This document shows positions 10,368-20,939 of a DNA stretch of 64,000 nt, one piece after another; the first letter of the stretch is position 1, and the number at the start of each line of letters is the position of its first letter. A program made the position numbers and the translations under genes. The stretch is from an uncultured bacterium (lineage in GTDB: Bacteria; Abyssobacteria; SURF-5). Under the pieces are notes generated by a model. That model saw only the letters and a list, made by a program, of their open reading frames with translations, made no database searches and was not told the origin of the DNA. Location of the stretch: contig CAZSKP010000023.1 of NCBI GenBank assembly GCA_964607485.1, forward strand, positions 1 through 64,000, written 5' to 3'.

Positions 10368-12197
10368 ATGTGCGGAATAGTCGGGTACGTCGGGAAAGAA
10401 CAGGCCACTCCCATAATTCTCGAGGGGCTTAGGCGGCTTGAATATCGTGGATACGATTCGGCAGGTATCGCCGTCGTCAATAAGTCCGGGATAAATGTCA
10501 TCAAAGAAGTCGGAAAGCTCAGGGTGCTCCAGTCCCGGCTCGATAAGGACTCGCTCGCTGGAACAACCGGAATAGGCCACACGCGTTGGGCCACGCATGG
10601 GGTGCCGTCTCAGGCCAACGCCCATCCCCATCACGACTGCACGCATTCGTTCATGCTCGTGCACAACGGGATTATCGAGAATTACTCCGAGCTGAGGCAG
10701 GAGCTGCTCGGCAACGGGCACACGTTCGTGTCCGAGACGGATACCGAGGTGATCGTGCACCTCATCGAGGCGAACTATTCGGGCGACCTCCTGCAGGCAA
10801 TGTTGAGCTCGATGCGAAGGCTGAGGGGAGCCTATGCGCTCGCGGTCGTCGCGGCACATGAGCCCGACACCATCGTCGCAGCCCGATGTGGAAGTCCGCT
10901 CGTCGTCGGATTCGGAGACGGCTGCAACCTGGTGGCGTCCGATGCCTCGGCGGTGCTGGGCCATACGCGCCGGGTCGTGTACCTCGACGACCACCACGCG
11001 GCTCGGCTGGGGCGGGACAGTATTCATGTCTACGACATTGGCGGCGACAGGCTCGACCCGAAAATAAAGGAGTTGACCCTGAACCTCTCCGACATAGAAA
11101 AGGGCGGACATCCGCACTTCATGATTAAGGAGATATCCGAGCAGCCCTCGTTGGTGGCCGACGTCCTGATGCGTCGAATCTCGCCCACGACGGGAGAGAT
11201 AGATTTTCGAGAGGCCCGGCTGGAGGATCTCAAACTCGAAAGCGTCGAACGGATAATGATGGTATCCTGCGGCACCGCGTACCACGCGAGCATGGTCGGA
11301 AAGCATTACCTCGAAAACCTTACCCATCTGCCCGTCGAAGTCGATGTTGCCAGCGAATTCCGCTACAGGAACCCCGTTATCAACGACAGGACACTGGTGA
11401 TAACCATCTCGCAGTCGGGCGAGACGGCCGACACCCTGGCAGGGCTGAGGGAGGCGCGGAAGAGGGGAGCGAAGGTGCTCTCCGTCATCAATGTCGAGGG
11501 CAGCAGCATCGACCGCGAGTCGGACGCGACGCTGTACGTTTACGCCGGCCCCGAGATAGCGGTGGCCTCGACCAAAGCGTACACCGCGCAGGTGCTGGCG
11601 CTCTTGCTGTTCTCGCTGTATCTGGGAAGAAAGAGGGGAACCGTGGACGAGGAAGCGTACGCGCAGCTCATCGAAGAGCTGCGGCTGGTTCCCGAAAAGA
11701 TGAAATGGATTCTCGATAATCATGAAACGGTGAAGATGTGTTCGAGAAAGTTCAGCAACGCCCCCAGCTTCCTGTACCTCGGTCGAAGCTACAATTATCC
11801 AACCGCCCTCGAGGGTGCGCTGAAGCTGAAGGAGCTCTCATACATCCATGCCGAAGGATGCGGCGCAGGCGAGATGAAACACGGCCCCATAGCGCTCGTT
11901 GACGACACGTTCCCCGTCGTCTGCCTCGCGCCGGCAGGCAGAGTGTACGAGAAGATGCTGAGCAACATTCAGGAGATACGCGCCCGTAGAGGCATCCTGA
12001 TTGCAGTCGCGACGGAAGGAGACGAAGAGATAGCGGCGCAGTGCGACCATGTGATTCATGTTCCCAGGGCTCATGAATCGTTGAGTCCGCTTCTGACCGT
12101 TATCCCCTTGCAGTTGTTGGCCTACTATACGACCATCGTGAAGGGCCTTGACGTTGACCAGCCCAGGAACCTGGCGAAGAGTGTAACGGTGGAATAG
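10368..12197 (+). CDS. glmS: Glutamine-fructose-6-phosphate transaminase
   Basis: MCGIVG, RGYDSAG, GHTRWATHG, HNGIIEN, SQSGETADT, PRNLAKSVTVE. Confidence 0.98.
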   Translation: MCGIVGYVGKEQATPIILEGLRRLEYRGYDSAGIAVVNKSGINVIKEVGKLRVLQSRLDKDSLAGTTGIGHTRWATHGVPSQANAHPHHDCTHSFMLVHNGIIENYSELRQELLGNGHTFVSETDTEVIVHLIEANYSGDLLQAMLSSMRRLRGAYALAVVAAHEPDTIVAARCGSPLVVGFGDGCNLVASDASAVLGHTRRVVYLDDHHAARLGRDSIHVYDIGGDRLDPKIKELTLNLSDIEKGGHPHFMIKEISEQPSLVADVLMRRISPTTGEIDFREARLEDLKLESVERIMMVSCGTAYHASMVGKHYLENLTHLPVEVDVASEFRYRNPVINDRTLVITISQSGETADTLAGLREARKRGAKVLSVINVEGSSIDRESDATLYVYAGPEIAVASTKAYTAQVLALLLFSLYLGRKRGTVDEEAYAQLIEELRLVPEKMKWILDNHETVKMCSRKFSNAPSFLYLGRSYNYPTALEGALKLKELSYIHAEGCGAGEMKHGPIALVDDTFPVVCLAPAGRVYEKMLSNIQEIRARRGILIAVATEGDEEIAAQCDHVIHVPRAHESLSPLLTVIPLQLLAYYTTIVKGLDVDQPRNLAKSVTVE

Positions 12198-12219
12198 CCG
12201 AAAGCGAGAGACAATCAAT

Positions 12220-13176
12220 ATGGCGATATACTTGGTCACCGGAGGAGCCGGATTCATCGGATCGCACCTGGTAAAGCACCTCGTCGAACGAGGCGAAGAA
12301 GTGAGGGTGGTCGACAACTTCCTTACCGGCTCGCGGGACAACCTGAGCGATGTGATGGACGGCATCGAGCTGATCGAGGGCGACATTCGCGACGCCGAGC
12401 TGATGCGTAAGGTAATAACGGGGGCAGACTACTGCCTTCACCAGGCCGCGCTGCCCTCGGTGCCGCGTTCGGTCGAAGACCCGGCGCTCAGTAACGACAT
12501 AAACGTTAACGGAACGCTGAACCTCCTTCTCGCAGCAAGAGACGCGGGGGTCGAACGATTCGTTTATGCCTCGTCGTCGTCGGTGTACGGAGATTCGCCG
12601 GTCCTGCCCAAGCGGGAGGATATGCCCGCGCGCCCGCTTTCGCCCTACGCGATAAACAAGCTGGCCGGCGAGCTGTACGCGCGTGTGTTTCACTCCCTCT
12701 ACGGAGTGCCGACGGTGTGCCTGAGATACTTTAACGTCTTCGGGCCCGGACAGAATCCAGACTCGCCCTACGCGGCCGTGGTCCCCATATTCATCTCCGC
12801 GATGGCCGAAGGAAGGCAGCCCACCGTGCACGGCGACGGTGAGCAGTCGCGGGACTTCTGTTACGTTGACAACACCGTCGCCGCAAATCTTCTCGCCTGC
12901 TCCGTGCCGGCCGAACGAGTGGCGGGAGGGGTCTTCAACATCGCGTGCGGTGAACGTCACACCATAAACGAGCTGTTGAAGAACCTGAATGAGATCATGG
13001 GAAAACAGATCGAGTCCGTCCACACCGCGCCCCGAAGCGGAGACGTCAGGGATTCGCTGGCGGACATCTCCCTTGCCAGACGCGACCTCGGATATGACAC
13101 CGCCGTGAGGTTTGCCGAGGGCTTGAGACGCACCGTCGAGTGGTTTCAGCTCAGACGCTCGCGTGCGGTCACCTGA
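12220..13176 (+). CDS. NAD-dependent nucleotide-sugar epimerase (extended SDR, WbpP/GalE-like)
   Basis: TGGAGFIGS, ASSSSVYG, YAINK, RYFNVFGP. Confidence 0.92.
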   Translation: MAIYLVTGGAGFIGSHLVKHLVERGEEVRVVDNFLTGSRDNLSDVMDGIELIEGDIRDAELMRKVITGADYCLHQAALPSVPRSVEDPALSNDINVNGTLNLLLAARDAGVERFVYASSSSVYGDSPVLPKREDMPARPLSPYAINKLAGELYARVFHSLYGVPTVCLRYFNVFGPGQNPDSPYAAVVPIFISAMAEGRQPTVHGDGEQSRDFCYVDNTVAANLLACSVPAERVAGGVFNIACGERHTINELLKNLNEIMGKQIESVHTAPRSGDVRDSLADISLARRDLGYDTAVRFAEGLRRTVEWFQLRRSRAVT

Positions 13177-13179
13177 GCC

Positions 13180-15378
13180 TCACTTCTCGGCTTGACCTTC
13201 TTCCGAACGCTTCTTGATATCATCGAGGAAATTTTCGTAGAACCTGTCCGGTTCAAGCTCGTATGCCTTTGAGGCCCACAGCTCGGCCGCCAGAGTGTCG
13301 CCGAGCGCAACGCTCGTGAGCGCCAGCTCATATGCGGCAAGCGCCGAGGTCGGCCGGGATGCGAAGGCTGCGCTGAAGCTGGCGAAGGCCTCCTCGTGCT
13401 CTCCCTGCTCGGAAAGAATCTGCCCGAGCGCCATGTTCGCTCCGAAATGTGAGGGCTTCTTTTTGAGCGCTTCTCTGAGCAGCGCGGCCGCGGCTTCCTG
13501 CTTGCCGCTCAGACGCAACATCACCGCCTCGCCATACAGCCCGTCGGCCGAGCCTTGTTGGCGGGATAAGTGAGCAGTGAGATACACACGCTTCGCCTGG
13601 TCGTACACCTCTTTTTTCGTCAGCGCCACCTGAAGGGAGAAGGCCGCTTCTGCCTGGTTTTTATCGAGCTTCACCGCCCGCTCATAACTTACAATCGCAT
13701 CGTCGAAACGTCCCGCTCGTTCGTAGGCGTGGGCCAGTTTGAGATAGATCGTGGAATCGAACGCGTTCTCTCTCAGCGCCATCTTATAACTGCGGACGGC
13801 TTCGCCCGTTTCTCCCATCATCTGGTGGGCGTCTCCCATGCCCGAAAGCGCCGCTGCGGCATAGTAGTTGGCTATCACGAGCCGGCCCTTGACTTCGCCT
13901 TCGGCTCCTTGCGGAGCATTGGGTTCGGGCGCGGCGCTCTCGTCCGGCCGCGACCTGGTAAGTTCGTAGGCCGTTGCATACTCGGCCAGGGCTCCGGCCG
14001 TCTGGCCGGCGTTCAGCAGGGTATTCGCCAGACCGATGTGAACGCGGATGCTTTTCGGAGCATACCGAACCATTGCGGAGAAGAAGGTGAGGTCGTCTCG
14101 CCATTCGGTGTTTCGTCGGATTGTTTGGACGGAGAAGAACATGATAGTAATCGCCGGCCAAGCGAGCAGCGCTCTCCACTGCCAGCCGCCCGACCTCCAA
14201 ACGTTGGATTGTGCGAGGTTCACGATGGCGAGCGCCCAGAGCGCGGCCAGGCCGATCGAGGGGAAGTACAGAAAGTGGGGCGGCGTGAAAAAGCTCGGGC
14301 CCGGATGGAACAGGAAGAAATAGGAGAACGGAAGCAGACAGGCAAAAAACCAGAGAAGGAAGAAGCTGACTCGCGGGGAACTCCTGAAAGACAGCAGCGC
14401 CCCACCAAGCAATAAGAGAAGAGCCCCTTCCGCAACAACGACCTGGGGAGTGGCGACCGTATCCAGCATGGGGATAAAAGTCTCAAATCCGAGGTTAGAC
14501 GGAAGAAACATCAACCCCAGGTAAGAGGCTGCCGCCTGCGCCGCGGTCATGAGCCTGCGGGCGAGCTCGACACCCTCCACCGGAAGCGGAGTGGGGCTTG
14601 GCACAACGTGTGAACGCCACAGAAAATAGACGAGCGCGATGGAATAAATCGGCACAAGCGGCTTCACTCTCAGGCGCGCTGTTTCTCCCGCGGACCCGTC
14701 CGGCCGGATGATCTCGTAGGCGGTGAGAACGATTGGAATCGCAATCGCGTTTTCTTTCGACAACAGCGCCAGGACAAAGGCGGCGCAGGCACACAGGAGC
14801 ATCGGCTTCGCCCCGCGCGGGGCTCTTTGACGCGCACCCACGTAGCAGTAAACGCTTGTCAGGAAGAAGACGGCGCACAGCGGGTCGGACCGGCCGGAGA
14901 CGCCGGCAACCGAGTCGGCGAGCGCGGGATGCACGCCGAACAGCGCGGCCGCGATGAACGATACGGTCGCCTTCAGCCTGAGCCTGACGAGCAGGAGGAA
15001 GACGAGCACCGTGGCGGCGGCGTGGAGGAATATGTTGGAGAGGTGATACCCCCACGGCACCAACCCCCATGCGAGATAGTCGGCGAGATATGACATGAAC
15101 ACCATCGGGCGATAGTAGTCGTACTGGACCGGCCCGGTCATCGCCTGACCCACGGAGAAGAAGGGTCGGGTGAAGTACAGTCTCGCGTGACTCAGGCTGC
15201 GTATCGCGGGGTTGTGCTGAATCATGGAGACGTCGTCGAACACGAAGCCGTTGGAGAGGGTATTTTCGAAAACGATGAAGACCAGAATTGCGAGAAGCGT
15301 CGCGAGCACCCATTGCTGCACGCGTGGAGCGGGGCGTTTGTTCGGAGGTCTGGGCAGCTTCTCAGACGGCCTGGTCAC
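13180..15378 (-). CDS. TMTC-like GT-C membrane glycosyltransferase with C-terminal TPRs
   Basis: FVFDD, YYRP, YHLSNIFLH, HP...SV...GR, SKE, RNTEW, then TPRs; GTG start chosen from RBS. Confidence 0.78.
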   Translation of the reverse strand: MTRPSEKLPRPPNKRPAPRVQQWVLATLLAILVFIVFENTLSNGFVFDDVSMIQHNPAIRSLSHARLYFTRPFFSVGQAMTGPVQYDYYRPMVFMSYLADYLAWGLVPWGYHLSNIFLHAAATVLVFLLLVRLRLKATVSFIAAALFGVHPALADSVAGVSGRSDPLCAVFFLTSVYCYVGARQRAPRGAKPMLLCACAAFVLALLSKENAIAIPIVLTAYEIIRPDGSAGETARLRVKPLVPIYSIALVYFLWRSHVVPSPTPLPVEGVELARRLMTAAQAAASYLGLMFLPSNLGFETFIPMLDTVATPQVVVAEGALLLLLGGALLSFRSSPRVSFFLLWFFACLLPFSYFFLFHPGPSFFTPPHFLYFPSIGLAALWALAIVNLAQSNVWRSGGWQWRALLAWPAITIMFFSVQTIRRNTEWRDDLTFFSAMVRYAPKSIRVHIGLANTLLNAGQTAGALAEYATAYELTRSRPDESAAPEPNAPQGAEGEVKGRLVIANYYAAAALSGMGDAHQMMGETGEAVRSYKMALRENAFDSTIYLKLAHAYERAGRFDDAIVSYERAVKLDKNQAEAAFSLQVALTKKEVYDQAKRVYLTAHLSRQQGSADGLYGEAVMLRLSGKQEAAAALLREALKKKPSHFGANMALGQILSEQGEHEEAFASFSAAFASRPTSALAAYELALTSVALGDTLAAELWASKAYELEPDRFYENFLDDIKKRSEEGQAEK

Positions 15379-15400
15379 CCTGTGGTTCCTCGCTCTACCT

Positions 15401-16723
15401 TCAAAAGTATTTCTCCAGAGCCTGCAAATACCTGTCCGTGGCGCCACGATGCGCGTCGACCACACTTCTCGCGGCCTCGCCGAGCGCCCTCGCGCGCGAC
15501 GGGTTCTCGAGTAAGCTCAGTGTGACAGAAAGGAGCTCCCGTGCGTCATTCACACGCACGGCCCCATTCTCCGACAGGAAGGCTTCTTTGACATCATCCA
15601 AATGGTGCATGTGCGGGCCGAACAGAACGGGTTTTCCCATGGAGGCCGGCTCGATAATGTTATGGCCCCCGACTCTTGCGAGGCTTCCGCCGACAAAGGT
15701 GACCGTGGCCAACGCGTAGACACGGGCAAGCTCGCCGACTGTGTCAAGTAGCAGGACCGCCCGGGAGTTCGTTCCCACCCCGTCGCGGGCACGTGTTCTC
15801 CTCCGCACTTCGAGGCCCATCTCTCGAATCAGCTCGTCCACAGCGTCGAATCTTTGCGGGTGTCGGGGGGCGAGCAACAGACGCGCGTGCGGCTGCTTCG
15901 CCAGCACCTTGGGGTAGGCCTCGAGGAGCGCCCGTTCTTCTCCCTCGTGTGTGCTGCCCGCGACTATAAGCGGGGAATCCTTTTCGAGCATCAGCTCGCA
16001 GCGCAGCCTCTCGATCTCCTCGGTCGATGGGGGTTCGGGCGCGGCGTCGAACTTCATGTTACCGCATACCTTCACCGCGTCGGGCCTTGCCCCGAGGGCG
16101 ACAGCCCTGTCGGCGTCCCGGGGCGATTGCATGCCGGCGAAACTGATCCTTGAAAAGACGTTCCGAAATATCCCGGGGATCAGCCGATAAAACCGGAAGG
16201 ACCTTTGCGAAATCCGTCCGTTCACGATGGATATGGGAATGTGCAGCGAGCTCGCTGCTCGGATCAGGTTGGGCCAGATTTCCGTCTCGAACAGGACGAT
16301 CGTCTTCGGCTTCACGCGCGCGAGCACCCTTCTCACGATCGGGCTGAAATCGAGCGGGAAATAGGCTATCGCGTTCCCGATACCGAGGAGCTCATTGGCG
16401 ACGCGATAGCCGGTTTCGGTCGTTGTGGTGAGGAAAACCGGACGGACGCCGCCTGCGTTGATTTTACGGACGAGTGGAGCGACGGATTTGACTTCTCCCA
16501 GCGAGACCGCCTGAATCCAGATTGGATCGGCACCGATCTCGGTTTCGTGGTTCCCAGCCCGCAACGACAGCCTTTGCCCGACGCCCGCCCGAAAGCGGGG
16601 GTTGCGGGTCATCTTGAGGAGCGCATACGGAGTGAACAAGACGATGAATCCTGCGGCAAGAGTCACTTCATATGCCAAGAACGCGGCCGATGTAAAAAGG
16701 GGTTCTGGAGGTCTTGTCGCCAC
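15401..16723 (-). CDS. waaA: Kdo transferase
   Basis: AVSLGE, PLD, ETEIWPN, NGRIS, GNMKFD, AGSTHEGEE, PRHP, GGHNIIEP. Confidence 0.95.
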   Translation of the reverse strand: MATRPPEPLFTSAAFLAYEVTLAAGFIVLFTPYALLKMTRNPRFRAGVGQRLSLRAGNHETEIGADPIWIQAVSLGEVKSVAPLVRKINAGGVRPVFLTTTTETGYRVANELLGIGNAIAYFPLDFSPIVRRVLARVKPKTIVLFETEIWPNLIRAASSLHIPISIVNGRISQRSFRFYRLIPGIFRNVFSRISFAGMQSPRDADRAVALGARPDAVKVCGNMKFDAAPEPPSTEEIERLRCELMLEKDSPLIVAGSTHEGEERALLEAYPKVLAKQPHARLLLAPRHPQRFDAVDELIREMGLEVRRRTRARDGVGTNSRAVLLLDTVGELARVYALATVTFVGGSLARVGGHNIIEPASMGKPVLFGPHMHHLDDVKEAFLSENGAVRVNDARELLSVTLSLLENPSRARALGEAARSVVDAHRGATDRYLQALEKYF

Positions 16724-16750
16724 TCTTACGGCCTTTCCGGATACTCATGC

Positions 16751-16786
16751 AAAACACCCCCTGACCGCGAGGGCGCAGGGGGTGTT
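16751..16786 (-). terminator. Intrinsic terminator after secretin gene
   Basis: AACACCCCCTG...CAGGGGGTGTT 11-bp stem followed by T-run on minus strand. Confidence 0.7.
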
Positions 16787-16803
16787 GGATTCCACATCGT
16801 TCG

Positions 16804-19290
16804 TTACTTCAACCTGGTGTAGACAACTCCGCGGGAGTCCATGATGTTAACGGTTATGAAAATCAACAAGTTTGTCCTGTCGCTGCTCTTGACTTCGTTC
16901 TCGAAGAGCCTGCCGATGAGCGGAATGTCTCTGAAGAACGGAACGCCGGTTTTCTCATAGTTGGTAGTGTCCTCGATCAGTCCGCCGATGACTATCGTAT
17001 CGCCGTCGTTGACAACAACGTTGGTAAAGATCGACTGCCGTTCGACTTCGGGCCTCTGAATGGTGTTTACTATGGTTCCTCCGGTGCCGTCGGTGGTTGT
17101 TATATTAAACGTATCCAGGACGGGCCCGATCTTGGCGATGTCGGGCAGTATGAAGAGGCGAATGGTTCCGTCCGACTGAATCTGGGGTGTGATAGAGAGG
17201 GTGATGCCCTCGGTTACGTCGGTAAATTCCTGGTCGACTGACTGAACAAAGACTGGCGTATCGGAACCGGGTGTCTGCACTATGTCGGTCGTGATCGTGA
17301 GGTCGCTCCTGAAAGACCGTGTGAGCACATCCTGTATCACGGCGGCTTTGTTGTTGAGCGTCACAATTCGCGGCGCGGAGACCAGATGTCCGCTCTGCAG
17401 CTCTGACAGAAGATTGATGGTGGCCTCCAGAAAATCGCCGTCGGCCTTCGTGTATCGAAACAGAATGTTTCCGCCCCGGTTGCCGAGCAGGGCCTGGGTT
17501 ATGTCGGTGATCAGGTGGAAATTGGTGAAAGAGCCCTTAGAGATCGAGTCGGCCGAAAATTGGGCTGTTCCTCCCACGTCGTCTCCTGCGGCTGGGCCGG
17601 CGAACTGAAACCCGACTCCGACCCTCTCGGCCTCGAACAGGCTGTAACTTATGAACTTCGCCTCGACCGATATCTGCCGAGGTTCCTGGTCGAGGTGATC
17701 CAAGAACACTTCCAATATATCGAGGTTGGTGGGTGTGTTGCGCACGATGAGTGTGTTGGTGTGAGGGTCGAAATCGATCATCGAAAGGATTTCCCTGCCG
17801 CTCGCGTCGGCCCACAATTTTCTGGGAAGATCGAAGAGCCTTATCTGGTCCGACTGAGTCTCAAAGCCCCCAACCTCCCTGTCCGCACCGATCACAGCCG
17901 TCCTTTTCCTGGTCTGCTTTGTCGGGTCCAACACAATGGGAACAAAGGTTCTCAGAATGTTCACCAGCTTAGGCACAGACATGGAGAGATAGTCGGGGTC
18001 GACTTCGAGCAACTTGCTTCCATCTATTTCCCTCACGCGGCCGACCAACGACTGTCCGGAAGCCAGGTTCAACGCTCGGCCGCCAAGGGAAACTCCGCCT
18101 GCAGTTCCAGAGGTATCGAGTTTCGGAAGAGAAAGCCGGCTCGTATCTTTCAGATGGTAGAAGCGTGTCTCAAGCTGTTCGAAGGATGAACCGCGCAGAA
18201 CGTCGGGAGTGGAAACATATATGAAATCCCGCTCGATGGAGAAACCGAGGCCGTGTTGCCTGAGCATGCCGTTGAGCGCTGATTCGAGAGGAAGCTCACT
18301 CACATGAATTGTTACAAATATCTCCTTCCGGTCCACCTTGGTTCCATAGCAGTCTTCTTCTTTCCCGAATTCCTCGAAGATTTCCTCATCCACCAATATG
18401 TTGATGCCGGTTATCTCCGTCAGAAACTTGAGTACTCCCCTGAGTGGTTCGCACTCAAATTCGAAAGCAACCGGCTGCGACAGCTCCTTCAGGATCGCTT
18501 CTCTCGAGCCGAACTCTTTGATCTTAGATGGAGGGGGTTTGAGGGATATGTCTTTCCGTTTGAGGCCATCGGCGCCTGCTCCCTCCGGCCATAGGGCCAT
18601 CTTGCTGAGGGTCTCAGTCATCTCCTGCCTCTGGACCTCGATGTCAGCTTCGGCTTGAGACATTTCCCAGGCGTGCCGGGCATTATTAGCCTCGGCCAGC
18701 AGGTCGGCAAGCACCTTGCTGCTGGGCACAATCTGCTGGGCTTCCTTCCATATCGAAATCGCGCTATCGAAATTGCCTGCGAAAAATTCATCGTGTCCTT
18801 TTTCTATCAGCAGGTCCACTTTGGCATGTTTTGCCGCGTCAATCAGCGAGCGAGCGAGCTTGTTCTCGGGGTCTATCTGGAGCGCCTGTTCCCATTCAAC
18901 CATCGCCTGGTCGTACTTTTCGGCGTCATAGTATTCAGTACCCTTGGTAAGATGGAAGTTCAGGCGGTCCCTCTCGATGGCTGAGGCGTCGGGCACGGCT
19001 GAGCGGGCTGCAATTTCCTGGTTGGCTTTGATGATGCCTCTTTTTGCCTCTTCCGAAGCGGGATTGAGCAGGAGGGCCCGATTGAATTCGGCAATGGCTT
19101 CCCGATATTTGCCCTGGTCAAGGCGTTGTGTTGCTCTGTCGATATGGCTTTTGTACTCGGCGGCCTTCTCTGCGGGAAGTGGCGTTTGTTCCTGCGCACC
19201 AACCGGTATAACAAAGATGAGCGTGGCGAGAAATGCCAAGAGAACCAACTGTGCAGCTTTTGGAATCCGCCCAGGCAAGATGTTTTCCAT
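16804..19290 (-). CDS. Secretin (PilQ/GspD family) with N-terminal TPRs
   Basis: Signal peptide, TPRs, N3 (NTLIVRNT), QISVEAKF, APRIVTLNN, GITLSITPQI, DGDTIVIGGL, GVPFFRDIPLIGRLF. Confidence 0.92.
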   Translation of the reverse strand: MENILPGRIPKAAQLVLLAFLATLIFVIPVGAQEQTPLPAEKAAEYKSHIDRATQRLDQGKYREAIAEFNRALLLNPASEEAKRGIIKANQEIAARSAVPDASAIERDRLNFHLTKGTEYYDAEKYDQAMVEWEQALQIDPENKLARSLIDAAKHAKVDLLIEKGHDEFFAGNFDSAISIWKEAQQIVPSSKVLADLLAEANNARHAWEMSQAEADIEVQRQEMTETLSKMALWPEGAGADGLKRKDISLKPPPSKIKEFGSREAILKELSQPVAFEFECEPLRGVLKFLTEITGINILVDEEIFEEFGKEEDCYGTKVDRKEIFVTIHVSELPLESALNGMLRQHGLGFSIERDFIYVSTPDVLRGSSFEQLETRFYHLKDTSRLSLPKLDTSGTAGGVSLGGRALNLASGQSLVGRVREIDGSKLLEVDPDYLSMSVPKLVNILRTFVPIVLDPTKQTRKRTAVIGADREVGGFETQSDQIRLFDLPRKLWADASGREILSMIDFDPHTNTLIVRNTPTNLDILEVFLDHLDQEPRQISVEAKFISYSLFEAERVGVGFQFAGPAAGDDVGGTAQFSADSISKGSFTNFHLITDITQALLGNRGGNILFRYTKADGDFLEATINLLSELQSGHLVSAPRIVTLNNKAAVIQDVLTRSFRSDLTITTDIVQTPGSDTPVFVQSVDQEFTDVTEGITLSITPQIQSDGTIRLFILPDIAKIGPVLDTFNITTTDGTGGTIVNTIQRPEVERQSIFTNVVVNDGDTIVIGGLIEDTTNYEKTGVPFFRDIPLIGRLFENEVKSSDRTNLLIFITVNIMDSRGVVYTRLK

Positions 19291-19338
19291 ATCCGAACAG
19301 CCTCCTCCACTCCCGATAGCCAATCGTTTACGCTCTTC

Positions 19339-19881
19339 TCACTCTTCTTTACAAAATTCCTTCTCTTCGTCCAACTGGCGTTTGCTTATGGTCAGACAGC
19401 TTCTTACTCCATCAATTCGCCGCACCTCAAATCCTTCAAACTGCTGTCCCTCCTTGACAATTCTCGAACGTTTATCCACTTCTATAATGGCTATATAGCT
19501 GCCGGACTGGGTGGGATCGAATACGCTCTTCACCCTGATTTTCGGCCATTCCGGCTCCGCCTTTCCTTTATCCACGCCCCTTTCCCTGCGGGGTTTGCCG
19601 AAGATATTCCTACTCCCGAGCAACTTGAAATAGGTCGCCAACGGGTACTCATTCCTGAGCGGCGTAACTTCATATTTCTGCGGCGTGCGAGACGGCGCCG
19701 GTTTCCAATCGCCGTATGTGAGCTGGTCCGGGTTCTTGCCGCCATTGTTGTCCGACGCACTGTTTTTCTCTGCTTTCAACTGAAAATATGCAACGCCCGC
19801 AAATGCAAGAACCAAAATGCCCAGTATTACTTTTTCCTTCTGCTCATATATGACTTTTAAGAATGCAAGAATCGCACCCAA
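19339..19881 (-). CDS. PilP/GspC-like membrane-anchored protein
   Basis: N-terminal TM, RNIF, C-terminal IAIIE...IVKEGQQFEGFEVRRID; sits between pilO-like gene and secretin. Confidence 0.65.
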   Translation of the reverse strand: MGAILAFLKVIYEQKEKVILGILVLAFAGVAYFQLKAEKNSASDNNGGKNPDQLTYGDWKPAPSRTPQKYEVTPLRNEYPLATYFKLLGSRNIFGKPRRERGVDKGKAEPEWPKIRVKSVFDPTQSGSYIAIIEVDKRSRIVKEGQQFEGFEVRRIDGVRSCLTISKRQLDEEKEFCKEE

Positions 19882-19925
19882 TATTGCTCATTCCTCAGTT
19901 CCGTGCCGACAGGCTCGCTCGCTCA

Positions 19926-20909
19926 TTACCTAAACCATTTCCAGAATTGATACCATTTCTTCTGTTTGTCCTGTTCAGCTTCCTTTTCCAGTTGCTTCTG
20001 CATCCCCAGCGCAAGCCCAAGCCAACCTCCGCCGCCCTGACGACTCTGGCCGACCTTCACACCCGCCGCGGCCGCTGCGGCTTTCACCTGGGCCTCGACC
20101 TGACTCTTGAAGACCATGGTCGTGTTTATCGTCGCCTCAACGTTGAGCTGCTGAGGACCCGCGCCGCGGATGCTGGTGCGGGGCTGAATGGTCATATCTT
20201 CGATGAAGTAGTAGCTGTCCTCCTCCTGCAAATGGTACAGAAACGACAGAAGGCTCTGTGTATCCACCGTCATTTTTACCGCGTAGCGAAGTATGTTGAC
20301 GGCCCCAGAGCGGTGTTTGATCCCTTCTTTGTAATCCTCGAGAAAGAGTTTGTCAAAAATGATAGAGCCCCCGTCTGCCGGCACTTTTGTCATTGCGTCG
20401 ACGAGCCCCTGCAGCCCGCCTGCCCTGTTCAAGTAGTATGCGGCTTCGTCGGCGTTTTCGAGTTCGGTGTAAAGGCGGATTTCCGGGGGAGGAATGTTGG
20501 CGCTCCGGAGCTTCCCTTTTATTCTGTCCTCCGCCACATCCATCACTTGTTTCATGTAGTCTCGATACAGCTCACGCCTGATTTCTCTGTCAGGGTCTTG
20601 AAGTTCCTTTGGAAGGTCCGACGTTTCGACCCCGACCGTTTTCACCTTCTCCAGCGCCTTGTTTGCCTCCTTCAGGTTGACGATTTCCTGCTCCAGCACT
20701 TTGAGCTCATCCTGAGGATTCTTCTGGTTTGCAAAGGCGTCCCGAAGATTATCCAGCTTTTTTTCGCGCTTTGCTATCTCGGTCCTGGCTTCCCTCCACT
20801 CTGTTACACGCGGCTTCAGGTAGCGCATGTAACCAACGACCACCAACCCGATCGCGAGAACCACGCCCGTCACACTGACCACAATTTTTCGTGAAAACTT
20901 AACTGCCAT
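19926..20909 (-). CDS. PilO-like alignment protein
   Basis: N-terminal TM, coiled coil, LLSFLYHLQE...FIEDMTI; gene position. Confidence 0.65.
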   Translation of the reverse strand: MAVKFSRKIVVSVTGVVLAIGLVVVGYMRYLKPRVTEWREARTEIAKREKKLDNLRDAFANQKNPQDELKVLEQEIVNLKEANKALEKVKTVGVETSDLPKELQDPDREIRRELYRDYMKQVMDVAEDRIKGKLRSANIPPPEIRLYTELENADEAAYYLNRAGGLQGLVDAMTKVPADGGSIIFDKLFLEDYKEGIKHRSGAVNILRYAVKMTVDTQSLLSFLYHLQEEDSYYFIEDMTIQPRTSIRGAGPQQLNVEATINTTMVFKSQVEAQVKAAAAAAGVKVGQSRQGGGGWLGLALGMQKQLEKEAEQDKQKKWYQFWKWFR

Positions 20910-20939
20910 ATATCATCTTCCCACGTCTTCTGCGCGGCG

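Noticed and set aside
10321-10400. Possible glmS ribozyme (GGCGCC...GACGAGG before glmS)
   Set aside because: GACGAGG lies 5 nt before the ATG and fits an RBS; the downstream ribozyme core is not present.
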